From: Thermostichus sp. DRC_bins_24 | GTDB taxonomy: Bacteria > Cyanobacteriota > Cyanobacteriia > Thermostichales > Thermostichaceae | Reading direction: 5' to 3' | Assembly: GCA_039794845.1 (NCBI GenBank) | Contig: JAUQVK010000024.1 | Location: forward strand, 1 to 51,328 | Length of the DNA stretch: 51,328 bases | Shown here: in pieces, positions 38,234 to 48,247 of the stretch | Layout of the letters: every line of letters begins with the position of its first letter | How positions within the stretch are numbered: the first letter of the stretch is position 1 | Program-made: the position numbers and the translations under genes | Notes under the pieces: generated by a model | Database searches by the model: none | What the model was told of the DNA's origin: nothing | Seen by the model: the letters and a program-made list of their open reading frames with translations, nothing else

Positions 38234-39208
38234 TCAGCTCAGTTGGGGATCTGCTGGGGGGGTCGACTCTACAGGTTCAGTGGCATCTGTACCCTTATGG
38301 GCAGGGTGTGACTTAGGTTGATGCCAGTGCAGGCCGATCAAGGCATCGTACAAAAAGCTCCAAAACTCCCCCTTTTGCCAAATGCCCAAAGTTTGCTGGC
38401 AGTTGCGCTCGTCCAAATCCGGCTTGGCAGCCCAGTAGGCAGGCTGATACTTGTACCAGGGCACCGAGGGCCAGAGGTGGTGAATGAGATGATAGTTTTG
38501 CCCCAACAGAAGAATATTCGTCAGCCAGCCAGGGTAGACGCGGGCATTGTGCCAGCGCTCCTGCGACTGAAAAGGCCGGTGGGGCAGGTAGTCAAAAAAC
38601 AGGCCCAGCAGCAACCCCATGATGCAGGCGGGGGGGAGCCAGTAGTTCATGATGTAGTCGGTGTAGCCGAAGTGAATGGCCAGGCCAAAGGTCAAAATCA
38701 CCACCATGCGGCTTAGGCCCCACTCCAACAGATCCCAACGCCCTTTCCGCCACAGTTGCCGCTTGAAGAAAAACACCTCGTGGTAGAAAAAACGCGGCGC
38801 GATCAGCCACAGCGGCCCCCCAGTGGAAACGTAATGATCGGGGTCATCTTCGGGGTGGTTGACATGGGCGTGGTGCTGCATGTGCACCCGCTTAAACACC
38901 GGATAGACAAACCCTTGCAGCAGGGCAGAGCCGTGTCCCAGAGCCTCATTCAAAAAGCGGTTGCGGTGGGCGGAGCCATGGGAGGCATCGTGAATCACCG
39001 TGCCTAGGACGTAGAGGGCAACAAAGTTCAGCCAAAACACCATCCACTTGGGCCAATGCCAAAAGGCATACCCCCCAAAACAGGAGGCGGAGAGCACCAC
39101 CGAGGCCAAAAACATCAATAGGGTGGGGTTCCAAAACTCGGACGGTGGCCCCAGCAGTTCACGGGGTAAGGTAGCAGGCTTGCGGGTAGGTTGAACAGCA
39201 ACGGTCAT
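38234..39208 (-). CDS. crtR: Beta-carotene hydroxylase CrtR
   Basis: His boxes HDASH, RVHMQHH, HLIHH; DPDHYVSTGGPLWLIAPRFFYHE. Confidence 0.95.
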   Translation of the reverse strand: MTVAVQPTRKPATLPRELLGPPSEFWNPTLLMFLASVVLSASCFGGYAFWHWPKWMVFWLNFVALYVLGTVIHDASHGSAHRNRFLNEALGHGSALLQGFVYPVFKRVHMQHHAHVNHPEDDPDHYVSTGGPLWLIAPRFFYHEVFFFKRQLWRKGRWDLLEWGLSRMVVILTFGLAIHFGYTDYIMNYWLPPACIMGLLLGLFFDYLPHRPFQSQERWHNARVYPGWLTNILLLGQNYHLIHHLWPSVPWYKYQPAYWAAKPDLDERNCQQTLGIWQKGEFWSFLYDALIGLHWHQPKSHPAHKGTDATEPVESTPPADPQLS

Positions 39209-39661
39209 GGGCGGCCATCCTCAGGTGCGCACAACGCAGACGGGGAGGATGGTTCAGAGCAGCACGTCCAGGTCATCACACCGAAAAATAGGTAGATTTA
39301 TTAACTTTCGTTAGTATACGGCAGAGATTTGCTTAACCTGGCAGCTTAAGGCCAATTTCTGCTTCTGTTCCGCCGGGTAAGTCAGGCTCCTTCGCAGGGA
39401 TCCCTTCATTCCCTAAGCGGCCCCCCATGCTACAGGAGGGTTGCACCCGTTCCACCGCCACCCAAATGAGCTGCCTTGGAGTGTTACCCGAGCCGGCCGT
39501 ACCGGCAGCACCCGATGGGGATCCCAGGCCGTCCTGACAATGTGAGGTTTTATTGCGAACTCTGTTGCAATTCGTGTGTAGATCTTGAGGGGATCCCGTT
39601 GGGGTTTCGAGAACAGGGGTAATCTAGGTGTCGGTTCAACCCAAGCTGAGGATTCAAACCC

Positions 39662-39907
39662 ATGATGCCCGTTGTTGCGCCGTTGGCTTTGACCGCCCAA
39701 ACCAGCCCTTGGTCACCCCTGAGTGCCGTGGCCATCCTTCTTTGCACAGGTCTTTCTTATTTGATCTTCAAGTCCACCTCGGGATCCACCGCCGAAGCCG
39801 GCCCGGTGTTGGGCATGGATTGGCCTGAGGTGATTGGCGTCGCCAGCTTTGGTCATCTGCTGGGGGTGGGCGTGATTATGGGCCTCTCCAGCATGGGTGT
39901 CCTCTGA
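39662..39907 (+). CDS. psaK: Photosystem I subunit X PsaK
   Basis: WSP, SFGHLLGVGVIMGLSSMGVL. Confidence 0.88.
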   Translation: MMPVVAPLALTAQTSPWSPLSAVAILLCTGLSYLIFKSTSGSTAEAGPVLGMDWPEVIGVASFGHLLGVGVIMGLSSMGVL

Positions 39908-40028
39908 ACCCATTGTCATTTAATATCTCTTAATGTCTGTCGGGATCCCCACCTGGCGATGTTACACTCTATTGCAATTCTGAAAGAAGCGGTTTCTCCG
40001 GCCGCACTTCCCTCTGAGGTTTGTTGTT

Positions 40029-40166
40029 ATGCCAGCGATGATGCTCCTTGCCAGTTTGCCGGAAGGCTACGAATTGTTTGATCCCTTGGTGGATCTGTTG
40101 CCGATTATCCCCGTTTTGTTTTTCCTGCTGGCGTTTGTCTGGCAGGCGGCGGTGGGGTTTAAGTAA
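40029..40166 (+). CDS. psbK: Photosystem II protein K (45 aa)
   Basis: Hand translation [45 protein letters not shown], with GAGG RBS; not in the ORF track. Confidence 0.97.
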   Translation: MPAMMLLASLPEGYELFDPLVDLLPIIPVLFFLLAFVWQAAVGFK

Positions 40167-40272
40167 ATCCTGTTGATGACGGGGCCTTTGCCAAAATCTC
40201 CTCGCCTGAGCGGGGTAGCCTTGAAATTCCTCCCTTTCATGGGATCCTCTGAACGGGGGATCCCTGTTCCAT

Positions 40273-40812
40273 TTAGGGTTCGCGGTCCAGCACACCTGTA
40301 ATCCACAACACTCCTGCCAGACAGACAAAATGGGCAAAGGTAACGTTAATATTGGCAGCCAACAACAAAACCCCCGTCACCTGATTGGCCTGCGTGCGAG
40401 AAAACATGCGCGCCAGCAGCTCTCCCACCTGCGCCTCCATTCCGATCAGAGCCAAAAAGGCGCCGATCAAGCTGACGTAGGTGACCAACTGCAGTTGCTT
40501 GGGCAAGTCCAACTGGCTTAAAGAGTCGGCAGAAGCTTGACGACGATCTGCATGGAGAAGATACCGCCAATTGAAAAACAAACCTGCCGCTAGCGTCAGT
40601 AAGGTAAAGAGCGTGAACCAAAAAGCAAGAATTGCTCCAGCAGAATCATCTCGATAGACCGTATTTTGGCCGATCAAGAAACCAACCCAGAGCAGCAGAG
40701 CCGCGGCCCCCAAGACCGCCTGAAACCAGAACCCGAAGCGACGGGTCAAACGCAAGCGAGACTTCATCCGCTCAACAGCCGCACGTACCGACGGCGACAT
40801 GGGCTCATTCAT
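40273..40812 (-). CDS. DUF3611 (Tic21-like) membrane protein
   Basis: GFWFQAVLG, IGAFLALIG...VG.LL, ANINVTFAHF. Confidence 0.7.
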   Translation of the reverse strand: MNEPMSPSVRAAVERMKSRLRLTRRFGFWFQAVLGAAALLLWVGFLIGQNTVYRDDSAGAILAFWFTLFTLLTLAAGLFFNWRYLLHADRRQASADSLSQLDLPKQLQLVTYVSLIGAFLALIGMEAQVGELLARMFSRTQANQVTGVLLLAANINVTFAHFVCLAGVLWITGVLDREP

Positions 40813-40882
40813 CTCTTTCTCCCGCCTTGCTACTCACCTTTGCTTCCAGCCTATCGTCATCCTCCAGCCTCAGTCACCTCAA

Positions 40883-41314
40883 CTAAGGATCCTCACTTTG
40901 TAAGCGCAGGATTTCGGCCTCGATGCGTTGCTGCAAATCTCGCCCTTCCTCGGAGCGAATCAGCAGTGTAATGCGGTTGTAGTCGGGCACACTCATGCCG
41001 TGGCGGGTGATGATCTCGCTGGCCGTCCGAATGAATTCCCGCCGAATTTGGTCTTTGCTGACCGGGTCATCGGTGGCTTGAGATCGTTGCTGAGCTTCCT
41101 GCCGGTGGGGCTCCATTTCCAAGACAATGCGTGCGTACTTCGTTACCTGCTCATCTGTCAAAACACCAGAGGTTATGGGGGTTTGGGCAACTGCGAGAGG
41201 CACCGTTAACAGCGGAAGCCAAGTGCAGACCCAGATCAAACCCACCAGCCCTTTCTGGGCCACCCTTTGCACTGGGAATGTTGTCCACCGTCTCCTACCT
41301 GCTTTACCCAACAC
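40883..41314 (-). CDS. DUF4168-like secreted protein
   Basis: Signal peptide, EQVTKYARIVLEMEP.R, I...GMSV..YNRIT. Confidence 0.7.
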   Translation of the reverse strand: MLGKAGRRRWTTFPVQRVAQKGLVGLIWVCTWLPLLTVPLAVAQTPITSGVLTDEQVTKYARIVLEMEPHRQEAQQRSQATDDPVSKDQIRREFIRTASEIITRHGMSVPDYNRITLLIRSEEGRDLQQRIEAEILRLQSEDP

Positions 41315-41607
41315 TGCTAACCTCTCCCCACCCGACGATCATCGCCGCTTCAGTTGTGTAGACTCGCCATCTCTGCCCAGATTCAAAAGGCCATTGAACC
41401 TCGTAGGCTTCGATGCTATCTGTTCCTCCCCGCAAAAGGCTAGGGTTGTAGGTTGTATCCCCACCAACAGCCAAGCTTTTTTACTTTGACCCGAAACTGG
41501 CTTCTGGGTTCCTGCTGTAACGATTTAGCCCCCTTCCCCTACCCGAACAACCCAGGGGGGAGTGGCTTCTGGGATAATAAGAGGCAGATTGCTGGTTTGT
41601 TGCCCCT

Positions 41608-42666
41608 ATGAATTCGGAACGTCGCCCGGTTTTTCCGTTTACGGCCATCGTTGGCCAAGAGGAGATGAAATTGGCCTTGCTCCTGAACGTGATCGATCCG
41701 CGGATTGGCGGGGTGCTGATTATGGGAGATCGGGGAACGGGCAAATCCACCACCATTCGGGCCCTGGCGGATCTCCTTCCTAAGATCGAAGTGGTGAAAG
41801 GGGATCCCTTTAACAGCCACCCCCACCAGCGGGATTTGATGAGCGATCAGCTGTGGGAACGCCTTCAGGCGGGCGAGTCGGTGGAGAGCACCTGGATGCA
41901 AGTGCCGATGGTGGATCTACCTTTGGGGGCAACCGAAGATCGGGTATGTGGCACCCTCGACATCGAACGGGCTTTGTCCCAGGGGGTGAAGGCTTTCGAG
42001 CCCGGACTACTGGCCAAAGCCAATCGGGGCATTTTGTACGTGGATGAGGTGAACCTGCTGGACGATCACCTGGTGGATGTGTTGCTGGATTCGGCAGCTT
42101 CGGGGTGGAACACCGTGGAACGGGAGGGGATCTCTATTCGTCACCCGGCTCGGTTTGTTCTGGTGGGCTCCGGCAACCCCGAGGAAGGGGAGTTACGGCC
42201 CCAGCTGTTGGATCGCTTCGGCATGTTTGTGCAGATCGAAACAGTACGAGATGCGGCCTTGCGGGTGCGGATTGTGGAGGAGCGCAGCCAGTTCGATGCC
42301 GATCCGAAAGGGTTTTTGGCCAAATATGCCGACTCCCAGCAACAGCTGCTCGAGCGTATCGAAAAAGCTCAGCATCTCCTGCCCACCGTGTCGGTTGATC
42401 CGGATTTACGCCTTAAAATCTCCGGGGTATGTGCGGCCCTAGAAGTGGATGGGTTGCGGGGGGATATTGTCACCAATCGGGCTGCCAAGGCTTTGGCGGC
42501 TCTAGAGGGGCACAGCGAGGTCACCCTTTCGGATATTCGCCGGGTGATCGGCCTCTGTTTGCGCCACCGTTTGCGGAAGGATCCCCTAGAAACCATTGAC
42601 TCCGGCTACAGAGTGGAGAAAGCCTTCAGCGAAGTGTTCCAGGCTAGCCTGGATAGTGCCGCGTAG
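41608..42666 (+). CDS. chlI: Magnesium chelatase ATPase subunit I
   Basis: [52 protein letters not shown]. Confidence 0.96.
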   Translation: MNSERRPVFPFTAIVGQEEMKLALLLNVIDPRIGGVLIMGDRGTGKSTTIRALADLLPKIEVVKGDPFNSHPHQRDLMSDQLWERLQAGESVESTWMQVPMVDLPLGATEDRVCGTLDIERALSQGVKAFEPGLLAKANRGILYVDEVNLLDDHLVDVLLDSAASGWNTVEREGISIRHPARFVLVGSGNPEEGELRPQLLDRFGMFVQIETVRDAALRVRIVEERSQFDADPKGFLAKYADSQQQLLERIEKAQHLLPTVSVDPDLRLKISGVCAALEVDGLRGDIVTNRAAKALAALEGHSEVTLSDIRRVIGLCLRHRLRKDPLETIDSGYRVEKAFSEVFQASLDSAA

Positions 42667-42739
42667 GGCTGACGAAGCTACGCATCAGCCGATGGCATTT
42701 ACCCCCAATGGCGGGATCCCAACTTTAGAGGGGAGCATG

Positions 42740-44848
42740 TCACAGGGGCAGTAGGTCGGTGTGTGCTTCTTCCGTTTGCCTGGAGAGAAGCCGTTGCAGA
42801 CTGTCTTTGGCCTCGGGGAAATTGGGATAGATTTCTAGCGCCAGACGAAATTGTTCGATGGCCTGCTCCAGCTTGCCTCTGCGGGCAAAGACGGATCCCA
42901 GGCGATAGTGGGCCAACCCGTAGCTGCCATTGCCGCGAATGGCCTGTTGATAGCTGACCTCTGCCGAGTTCAAATCCCCCTTGATGCGCAAAATCTCCCC
43001 CATGCCAAAGTGAGCCTCGGGCAAGTTGGGAGCCTGCTTTAGGGCCTGTTCAAACTGCTGCATCGCCTCCAGCACCTGCCGGGGACGAACGAACTTGCGC
43101 CCGGAAGCATCCCGTTGTTTGTGGCCCAGATAGGCTAAGCCGATGGCGGCAACTGCTTCGTGCAAGTGGGGATTCAACTCCAGGGCTCGCCGATAGTTCC
43201 TCACGGCCTCGGTATATTGCTCTTGGGCTGCCAAAACCAGGCCCAGTCCGTAGTAAGCGCAACCATGCTGGCTATTGGACAAGATCACTTGGCTAAACTC
43301 CTGACTGGCTTGGGCCAGATGCCCTGCTTGTACCAGGGCCAACCCCAGATCCACCTGCACATCGGCGGCCAAGGCCGGGCTGAGATCGAGGTTGAGAGCG
43401 GTTCGGAAAGCTGCCATCGCCGCTTTCAACTGGCCTTTACGAAACAGCGCTTGTCCCATTACATAGTGAGCTAGGCCCAGTCGATCGTTTAATTCCAGGG
43501 CTGCCCAACAGGAGTCGATCGCTTCGTCCCATTGCCCCAGCCCAATGCGAACCTGGGCAATGCGGATGTGGGCTTCGCCGGAGTGGGGATCCAACCCCAG
43601 CGCCGTTTGTTGCTGGGCCAAGGCTTGGGCCCAGTCGCGTTTGTCTGCCCAGGCTTGACCGAGCAGGCTAAAGATTTCTGCTTGGGCGGATCCCTTGGTG
43701 AGGGGCAGTGCCTCCGGCAAGTGCGCCAGCACTTCCTCCGGCTGATGTTGAGCCAACCATTGCCGTGCCAGGGCTTTCAGGGTGTCCACCAGGTGGGTGT
43801 CGATGCCATTGAGTTTCGGGTTCAGGCGTTTGGCCCGCTGATAGTGTTTTAACCCCTCTTGTAGCTGGTTGGTTTTGACCAGCAAATGGGCCAGCTCAAA
43901 ATGGGCGTTGGCATCATCCGGCTGCTGCTTCACGGCTTCCTGAAACCGCTCGAGGGCCTCAGGAATTTGATCGGCTTGCAGCAGTGACAGCCCTTCAGCA
44001 AAGAAATGATGGGATCCCTCTCGATGGGAGGAACTGGCGGCCTGGGAGCGCAGGGTTTGCCACCCCAACCAGCCCCCGCCTGCAGCCAAAACCAGCAACG
44101 GGATCCCCAAGCCCAAGGCTCCAGCCCGGGAGCGAGCATCCGTGGCTCCGCGCACCACCAACCCAGCCCCCAGCAGTAGGGATAAGGCCAGCACGCCTCC
44201 CAGAACGGGGCGCAGGGTGGGTTTGTGCAGCAGTTGGTTGAGCGCCTGAAGGTTAGGCTGGGCTTGAGCGGGGGCGGTGGGCCGAGGAGTCGGAGGAGGG
44301 GTGGGGATCCCAGCTTTGGCTTGGGGAGGAGCCGTGGAAATCCCAGCTTTGGCCGGGGTCGGGGCAATGGGCTGACCATCAGGAGGGGGGGCAGGCTCTG
44401 GCCGGCGCTCTTTGTGGGTTTTGGGAACCGGGGCTTCTAGGGTTTTGACCTTGCGGAAATCGGGATTGCTATCGGGATCCACCACCGGTTTTTGGGCTTC
44501 CAATACCTTGATCTCGGAGATCTTGGTGCCCGGCAACACAATCTGCGTGGCATCGGCGCTGCTTTCGCCAGAAGCCAAATAAAACACCTTTTTCCATTTC
44601 GGCTGGGCTTCTCCTTTGAGCCGACCGTACACCACCAGCTGGCTCACCCCATGCACAGGCAAGCCTCCCAGCTGGCTGGCAACCCGATGCAACACCATAG
44701 ACCGAGTAAACAGCACCTCCTCCGGGAACTCCACCATGAAGTAAAGGACATCCTGTTTCAGCACCGAACGGCTTGCCAGAGGGGCAAGAGCTTTTTGTAA
44801 AGCCTTTGTGAGGGCTTCAACGCTGCGAGTGCCAGGTGGGGTAGCCAT
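42740..44848 (-). CDS. Membrane-anchored tetratricopeptide repeat protein
   Basis: N-terminal domain, Pro-rich linker, two TM helices and many TPRs; likely start MATPPG at 44848. Confidence 0.88.
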   Translation of the reverse strand: MATPPGTRSVEALTKALQKALAPLASRSVLKQDVLYFMVEFPEEVLFTRSMVLHRVASQLGGLPVHGVSQLVVYGRLKGEAQPKWKKVFYLASGESSADATQIVLPGTKISEIKVLEAQKPVVDPDSNPDFRKVKTLEAPVPKTHKERRPEPAPPPDGQPIAPTPAKAGISTAPPQAKAGIPTPPPTPRPTAPAQAQPNLQALNQLLHKPTLRPVLGGVLALSLLLGAGLVVRGATDARSRAGALGLGIPLLVLAAGGGWLGWQTLRSQAASSSHREGSHHFFAEGLSLLQADQIPEALERFQEAVKQQPDDANAHFELAHLLVKTNQLQEGLKHYQRAKRLNPKLNGIDTHLVDTLKALARQWLAQHQPEEVLAHLPEALPLTKGSAQAEIFSLLGQAWADKRDWAQALAQQQTALGLDPHSGEAHIRIAQVRIGLGQWDEAIDSCWAALELNDRLGLAHYVMGQALFRKGQLKAAMAAFRTALNLDLSPALAADVQVDLGLALVQAGHLAQASQEFSQVILSNSQHGCAYYGLGLVLAAQEQYTEAVRNYRRALELNPHLHEAVAAIGLAYLGHKQRDASGRKFVRPRQVLEAMQQFEQALKQAPNLPEAHFGMGEILRIKGDLNSAEVSYQQAIRGNGSYGLAHYRLGSVFARRGKLEQAIEQFRLALEIYPNFPEAKDSLQRLLSRQTEEAHTDLLPL

Positions 44849-45013
44849 GGGATTTTCGGTGAAATTTCGGGGAACGAGCCGTATTTCTTCGTAGAGGAAG
44901 TACAGGAAAAACTTCAAGATTGAAAGAGCAAGGCGAGGAACCCTCTCCCTCGGGAATCGATGCCTCATTGTGCTCAATCCCTTTAGAATCCGTCAATATA
45001 CTGAAAAAGGGTG

Positions 45014-45811
45014 TTACAAGTAAGTTTCTGGACGGGTTTTGGGGCGGAAGAGGTGGGCGTGATCCGGGCTGTACAACCGGGAGCGGGCGGATTCGGATCC
45101 CTGTAGGGCAGGGCTGATTAAATAGAGCACCGTGCGTTCTAGGCGCGCTTGTCGGGTGAGGGCGGCCATCTCCGTAAGGGATCCCAGCCAAATCTGTTCT
45201 TCCGGCCAACCCAGGCGATGGCAAACGGCAACCGGGGTATCGGCGGGATAATGCAGCAACAAGTCGGCTTGGGCCTGCTCCACATGGCGGGCGCTCAGGT
45301 ACAAACACAAAGAGGCGCGATGGGCCGCCAGACCGGCCAAGGCCTCGGCTTCTGGCACCTGGGTACGACCCCTGGCTCGGGTGAGGATGATCGTCTGCAC
45401 CCGCTCTGGGATGGTGAGTTCCACTTGCAAACGGGCGGCTGCCAATTGAAACGCGCTCACCCCCGGCACAATTTCAAACGGGATCCCTGCCTTCCTCAAA
45501 CCGAGCAGCAATTCGTGCAAAGCGCCGTAAAGGGCCGGATCCCCATCCTGCAAGCGCACCACCCGCTTCCCAGCCCGTACCCGCGCAATCATCTGGGGCA
45601 ACAGCGTTTCTAGGGTAAGGGAGCGCGTATCGATGGCCTCTACTCCAGGGCGACAGTGGCACAGCAGGCCCTCCGGCACCAAAGAGCCCGCGTAAAACAC
45701 CACATCTGCTTCCGAGAGCAGCCTCTGCCCCCGCAGGGTGATCAGCTCCGGATCCCCAGGGCCGGCCCCAATGATTTGCACCGGAAAATAGGCGGAAGTC
45801 GGTTCGCTCAC
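45014..45811 (-). CDS. cobM: Precorrin-4 C11-methyltransferase
   Basis: IGAGPGDPELITLRG, YAGSLV, GDPALYGA, QTIILTR, SRLYS. Confidence 0.94.
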   Translation of the reverse strand: MSEPTSAYFPVQIIGAGPGDPELITLRGQRLLSEADVVFYAGSLVPEGLLCHCRPGVEAIDTRSLTLETLLPQMIARVRAGKRVVRLQDGDPALYGALHELLLGLRKAGIPFEIVPGVSAFQLAAARLQVELTIPERVQTIILTRARGRTQVPEAEALAGLAAHRASLCLYLSARHVEQAQADLLLHYPADTPVAVCHRLGWPEEQIWLGSLTEMAALTRQARLERTVLYLISPALQGSESARSRLYSPDHAHLFRPKTRPETYL

Positions 45812-45937
45812 CCATCAGCTCTCTGCCACAGCACCGTGCATCCTAACAGCAATGAATCCCACAGCGGGAAAAGCGGTGGGATCCCTGCGGGGAGAAAGTT
45901 TCGAGAGAGTCCGTGAGAGCGTCTGTGGTCTTCACCC

Positions 45938-45967
45938 TTGACCGAATTCATATTACATATGTAGTAT
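45938..45967 (+). promoter_or_regulatory. Promoter of the MATE gene with an overlapping palindromic operator
   Basis: TTGACC-N18-TAGTAT; ATATTACATATGTAGTAT (45950-45967) is palindromic with one mismatched pair. Confidence 0.65.
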
Positions 45968-46015
45968 ATGGTCTGCCTGGGCAGTTTGTTGCGTGGTGCA
46001 GGCAAGTAGGGTGGC

Positions 46016-47431
46016 ATGGGGGTTGTAGCACAACGGCTGGATGCCAAGGGGAGCCCGCGGGTGGATCATCGAGTCGTGGTTGGGTTGGCGATTCCCCTAA
46101 TTCTCAGCGCCAGCATTCAAGCTCTGATGGGGCTAACGGATACCTGGTTTATCGGCCAGATCTCCAGCCAAGCCTTGGCCGGCATGAACGCCGCTTGGTT
46201 GCCCACCCTGGTGGCCTTGGGGCCCTTTATCAACCTGGGGCGGGCCGTTCAAACCCTGGTGGCTCAAACCTATGCCGGCGGGGATCCGAAGAGGGCCTCT
46301 CGCTACGCTTGGTCGGGGGTGTGGATCGGGTTGGGATTGTTCCCTCTTTGTGGGCTGTTGTCGGTTTTGGGGAGCTTTTTGTATGGGGGGCTACCTCTGC
46401 CGCAGGGGGTAGCGGAACAGGCGGGAGCCTACTGGCAGATCCGGGTTTGGGGGGGATCCGCCCTCTTGGGCACCTTCGCCTTGTCGGGGTTTTTTAACGG
46501 CATTGGCCGCACCTGGATCACCCTCTGTGTGAGTGGCTGTAGCGTGCTGCTGAATGGGGTCTTGAATACCCTGTTCATCTTTGGCTTGGGCTGGGGGATC
46601 GCCGGGGCTGCCTGGGGTACGATTCTCGCGGAATATGGGGAGCTTTCTCTGTACGTGTTGGTGTTCCTCTCCGCTTGGGTTCACCGCAACTATGCCACCC
46701 GCCAAACCTGGCGCCTAGGCTGGGCTCCGATTCCGCCGCTGCTGAAGTTGGGCCTGCCGATCTGGATCTATTCTTTGGCGGATATGAGCTCATTTACCCT
46801 GTTTCAGTTGATGCTCGGCCAAGTGGGGGCTGTGGAGGGAGCAACGGCGCACATCTGTCTGATGTTGTCTCGCTTCGCCTATTTGCCGGCCATTGGTTTG
46901 GAACAATCCGCCACGGTACTGGTGGGGCAAGCGATTGGCTCTGGGCAACCCGCTTGGGCGGTGCGTCTGGGCAATGCGGTGATGGGTTGGACTCTCGCCT
47001 ACATGGCCCTGATCGGTAGTGGACTGGCACTTTTTGGGCAACCCCTGATGGGTTTGTTTGTCACGGGGGCCGATGCCCAGGCCGAGAACATCGTGCGCTT
47101 GGGTGGGGTGCTTTTGAAAATTATCGGGGTTTCTTTCCTGTTCGATGGCATCAATTTTGCCGCCCTGGGATCCCTGCGCGGGGCGGGGGATGTGCGGGTG
47201 CCGATGCTGATCATGATCGGGATGAGCTGGCTCTTTTTCTTGCCCCTCGCCCAAATGATGATCTTCCCCCAGAGTTGGATCCCCTTCCTACCGGGGTTCG
47301 GATGGGGAGCCGTTGGGGGCTGGCTGGCGGCGCTGCTGTACGTGGCGGGCTTGGGATCCCTGATGATGATCCGCTGGCGCAGTCGGGTGTGGCAGAAGAT
47401 CGAACTCGGCCCGTTGCCGCAGGTGGGTTGA
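46016..47431 (+). CDS. MATE family efflux transporter
   Basis: About 12 TM helices, DTWFIGQ, GWGIAGAAWGT, LVGQAIG, LRGAGDVRVP. Confidence 0.92.
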   Translation: MGVVAQRLDAKGSPRVDHRVVVGLAIPLILSASIQALMGLTDTWFIGQISSQALAGMNAAWLPTLVALGPFINLGRAVQTLVAQTYAGGDPKRASRYAWSGVWIGLGLFPLCGLLSVLGSFLYGGLPLPQGVAEQAGAYWQIRVWGGSALLGTFALSGFFNGIGRTWITLCVSGCSVLLNGVLNTLFIFGLGWGIAGAAWGTILAEYGELSLYVLVFLSAWVHRNYATRQTWRLGWAPIPPLLKLGLPIWIYSLADMSSFTLFQLMLGQVGAVEGATAHICLMLSRFAYLPAIGLEQSATVLVGQAIGSGQPAWAVRLGNAVMGWTLAYMALIGSGLALFGQPLMGLFVTGADAQAENIVRLGGVLLKIIGVSFLFDGINFAALGSLRGAGDVRVPMLIMIGMSWLFFLPLAQMMIFPQSWIPFLPGFGWGAVGGWLAALLYVAGLGSLMMIRWRSRVWQKIELGPLPQVG

Positions 47432-47484
47432 AGACCCCGTTTTGCGCTGGGGGGATGTTCGGGGAATGGATTGAGCGGTTGAAT

Positions 47485-48192
47485 TCAGTAGGCTTGCTCA
47501 AGGCGCTGCTGCAGAATTTGCGTGGCCAACAGCACATCCAAAGGGGTGGTTAACTTCAGGTTCGCCTCCTCCCCCTCGACAATGTAAACGGGCCAACCCA
47601 GCTTCTCGAACAGGGCTGCATCATCGGTGACTTCCCAGGCGTGGGTCACGGCCTCCTGATGCGCCTGCCACAGCAACGGGAGGCGAAACCCTTGCGGCGT
47701 TTGGGCAGCCCACAGCTTGCTGCGATCGGGTGTGGCTTGCACTTGGATCCCGAAAGCACTGGGCTGCGTCAGTTTGATCGTGTCTTTGACCGGGATCGCC
47801 GCAATCAACCCATCCACCTGCTGCAAAGCCGCACTACAGCGATCGAACAACTCGGGAGTGGCCAAACAGCGGGCCCCATCGTGAATGAGCACCCGTTCCA
47901 CCGTCCCTTGCCCATAGAGATGCTCCACCCCCCTGCAAACCGATTCCTGCCGGGTTTTGCCCCCCTGCAAAAGCTGAACGGGCGTCGTGAGGGCCGCCGC
48001 CGCCAAAATCTCTTGGATGGCGGGCCAATCGGCAGGTTGCGACAAAATGCCGATCCACTCGATGGAGCTGGCCCGATCCGCAGCCTGTAACGTCCAAGCC
48101 AGGATGGATTGACCCAAGAGCGGTAGCAACAGCTTGTTCACCGTTGCCCCCATCCGTTTGCCGCTGCCCGCCGCCGGGATCAGAAGGTGCAT
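47485..48192 (-). CDS. ispD: 2-C-methyl-D-erythritol 4-phosphate cytidylyltransferase
   Basis: MHLLIPAAGSGKRMG, TRQESV, LIHDGAR, AQTPQGF, VTDDA, NLKLTTP. Confidence 0.96.
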   Translation of the reverse strand: MHLLIPAAGSGKRMGATVNKLLLPLLGQSILAWTLQAADRASSIEWIGILSQPADWPAIQEILAAAALTTPVQLLQGGKTRQESVCRGVEHLYGQGTVERVLIHDGARCLATPELFDRCSAALQQVDGLIAAIPVKDTIKLTQPSAFGIQVQATPDRSKLWAAQTPQGFRLPLLWQAHQEAVTHAWEVTDDAALFEKLGWPVYIVEGEEANLKLTTPLDVLLATQILQQRLEQAY

Positions 48193-48247
48193 GAAGCTGA
48201 CGAAATCCAGACGGATCTTAGTGTACTGTGTCGGGATCCCGGCCAGC

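Noticed and set aside
45812..46015. Cobalamin riboswitch upstream of cobM (also checked before cobN)
   Set aside because: No recognisable B12-box or conserved core by eye; an Rfam scan would be decisive.
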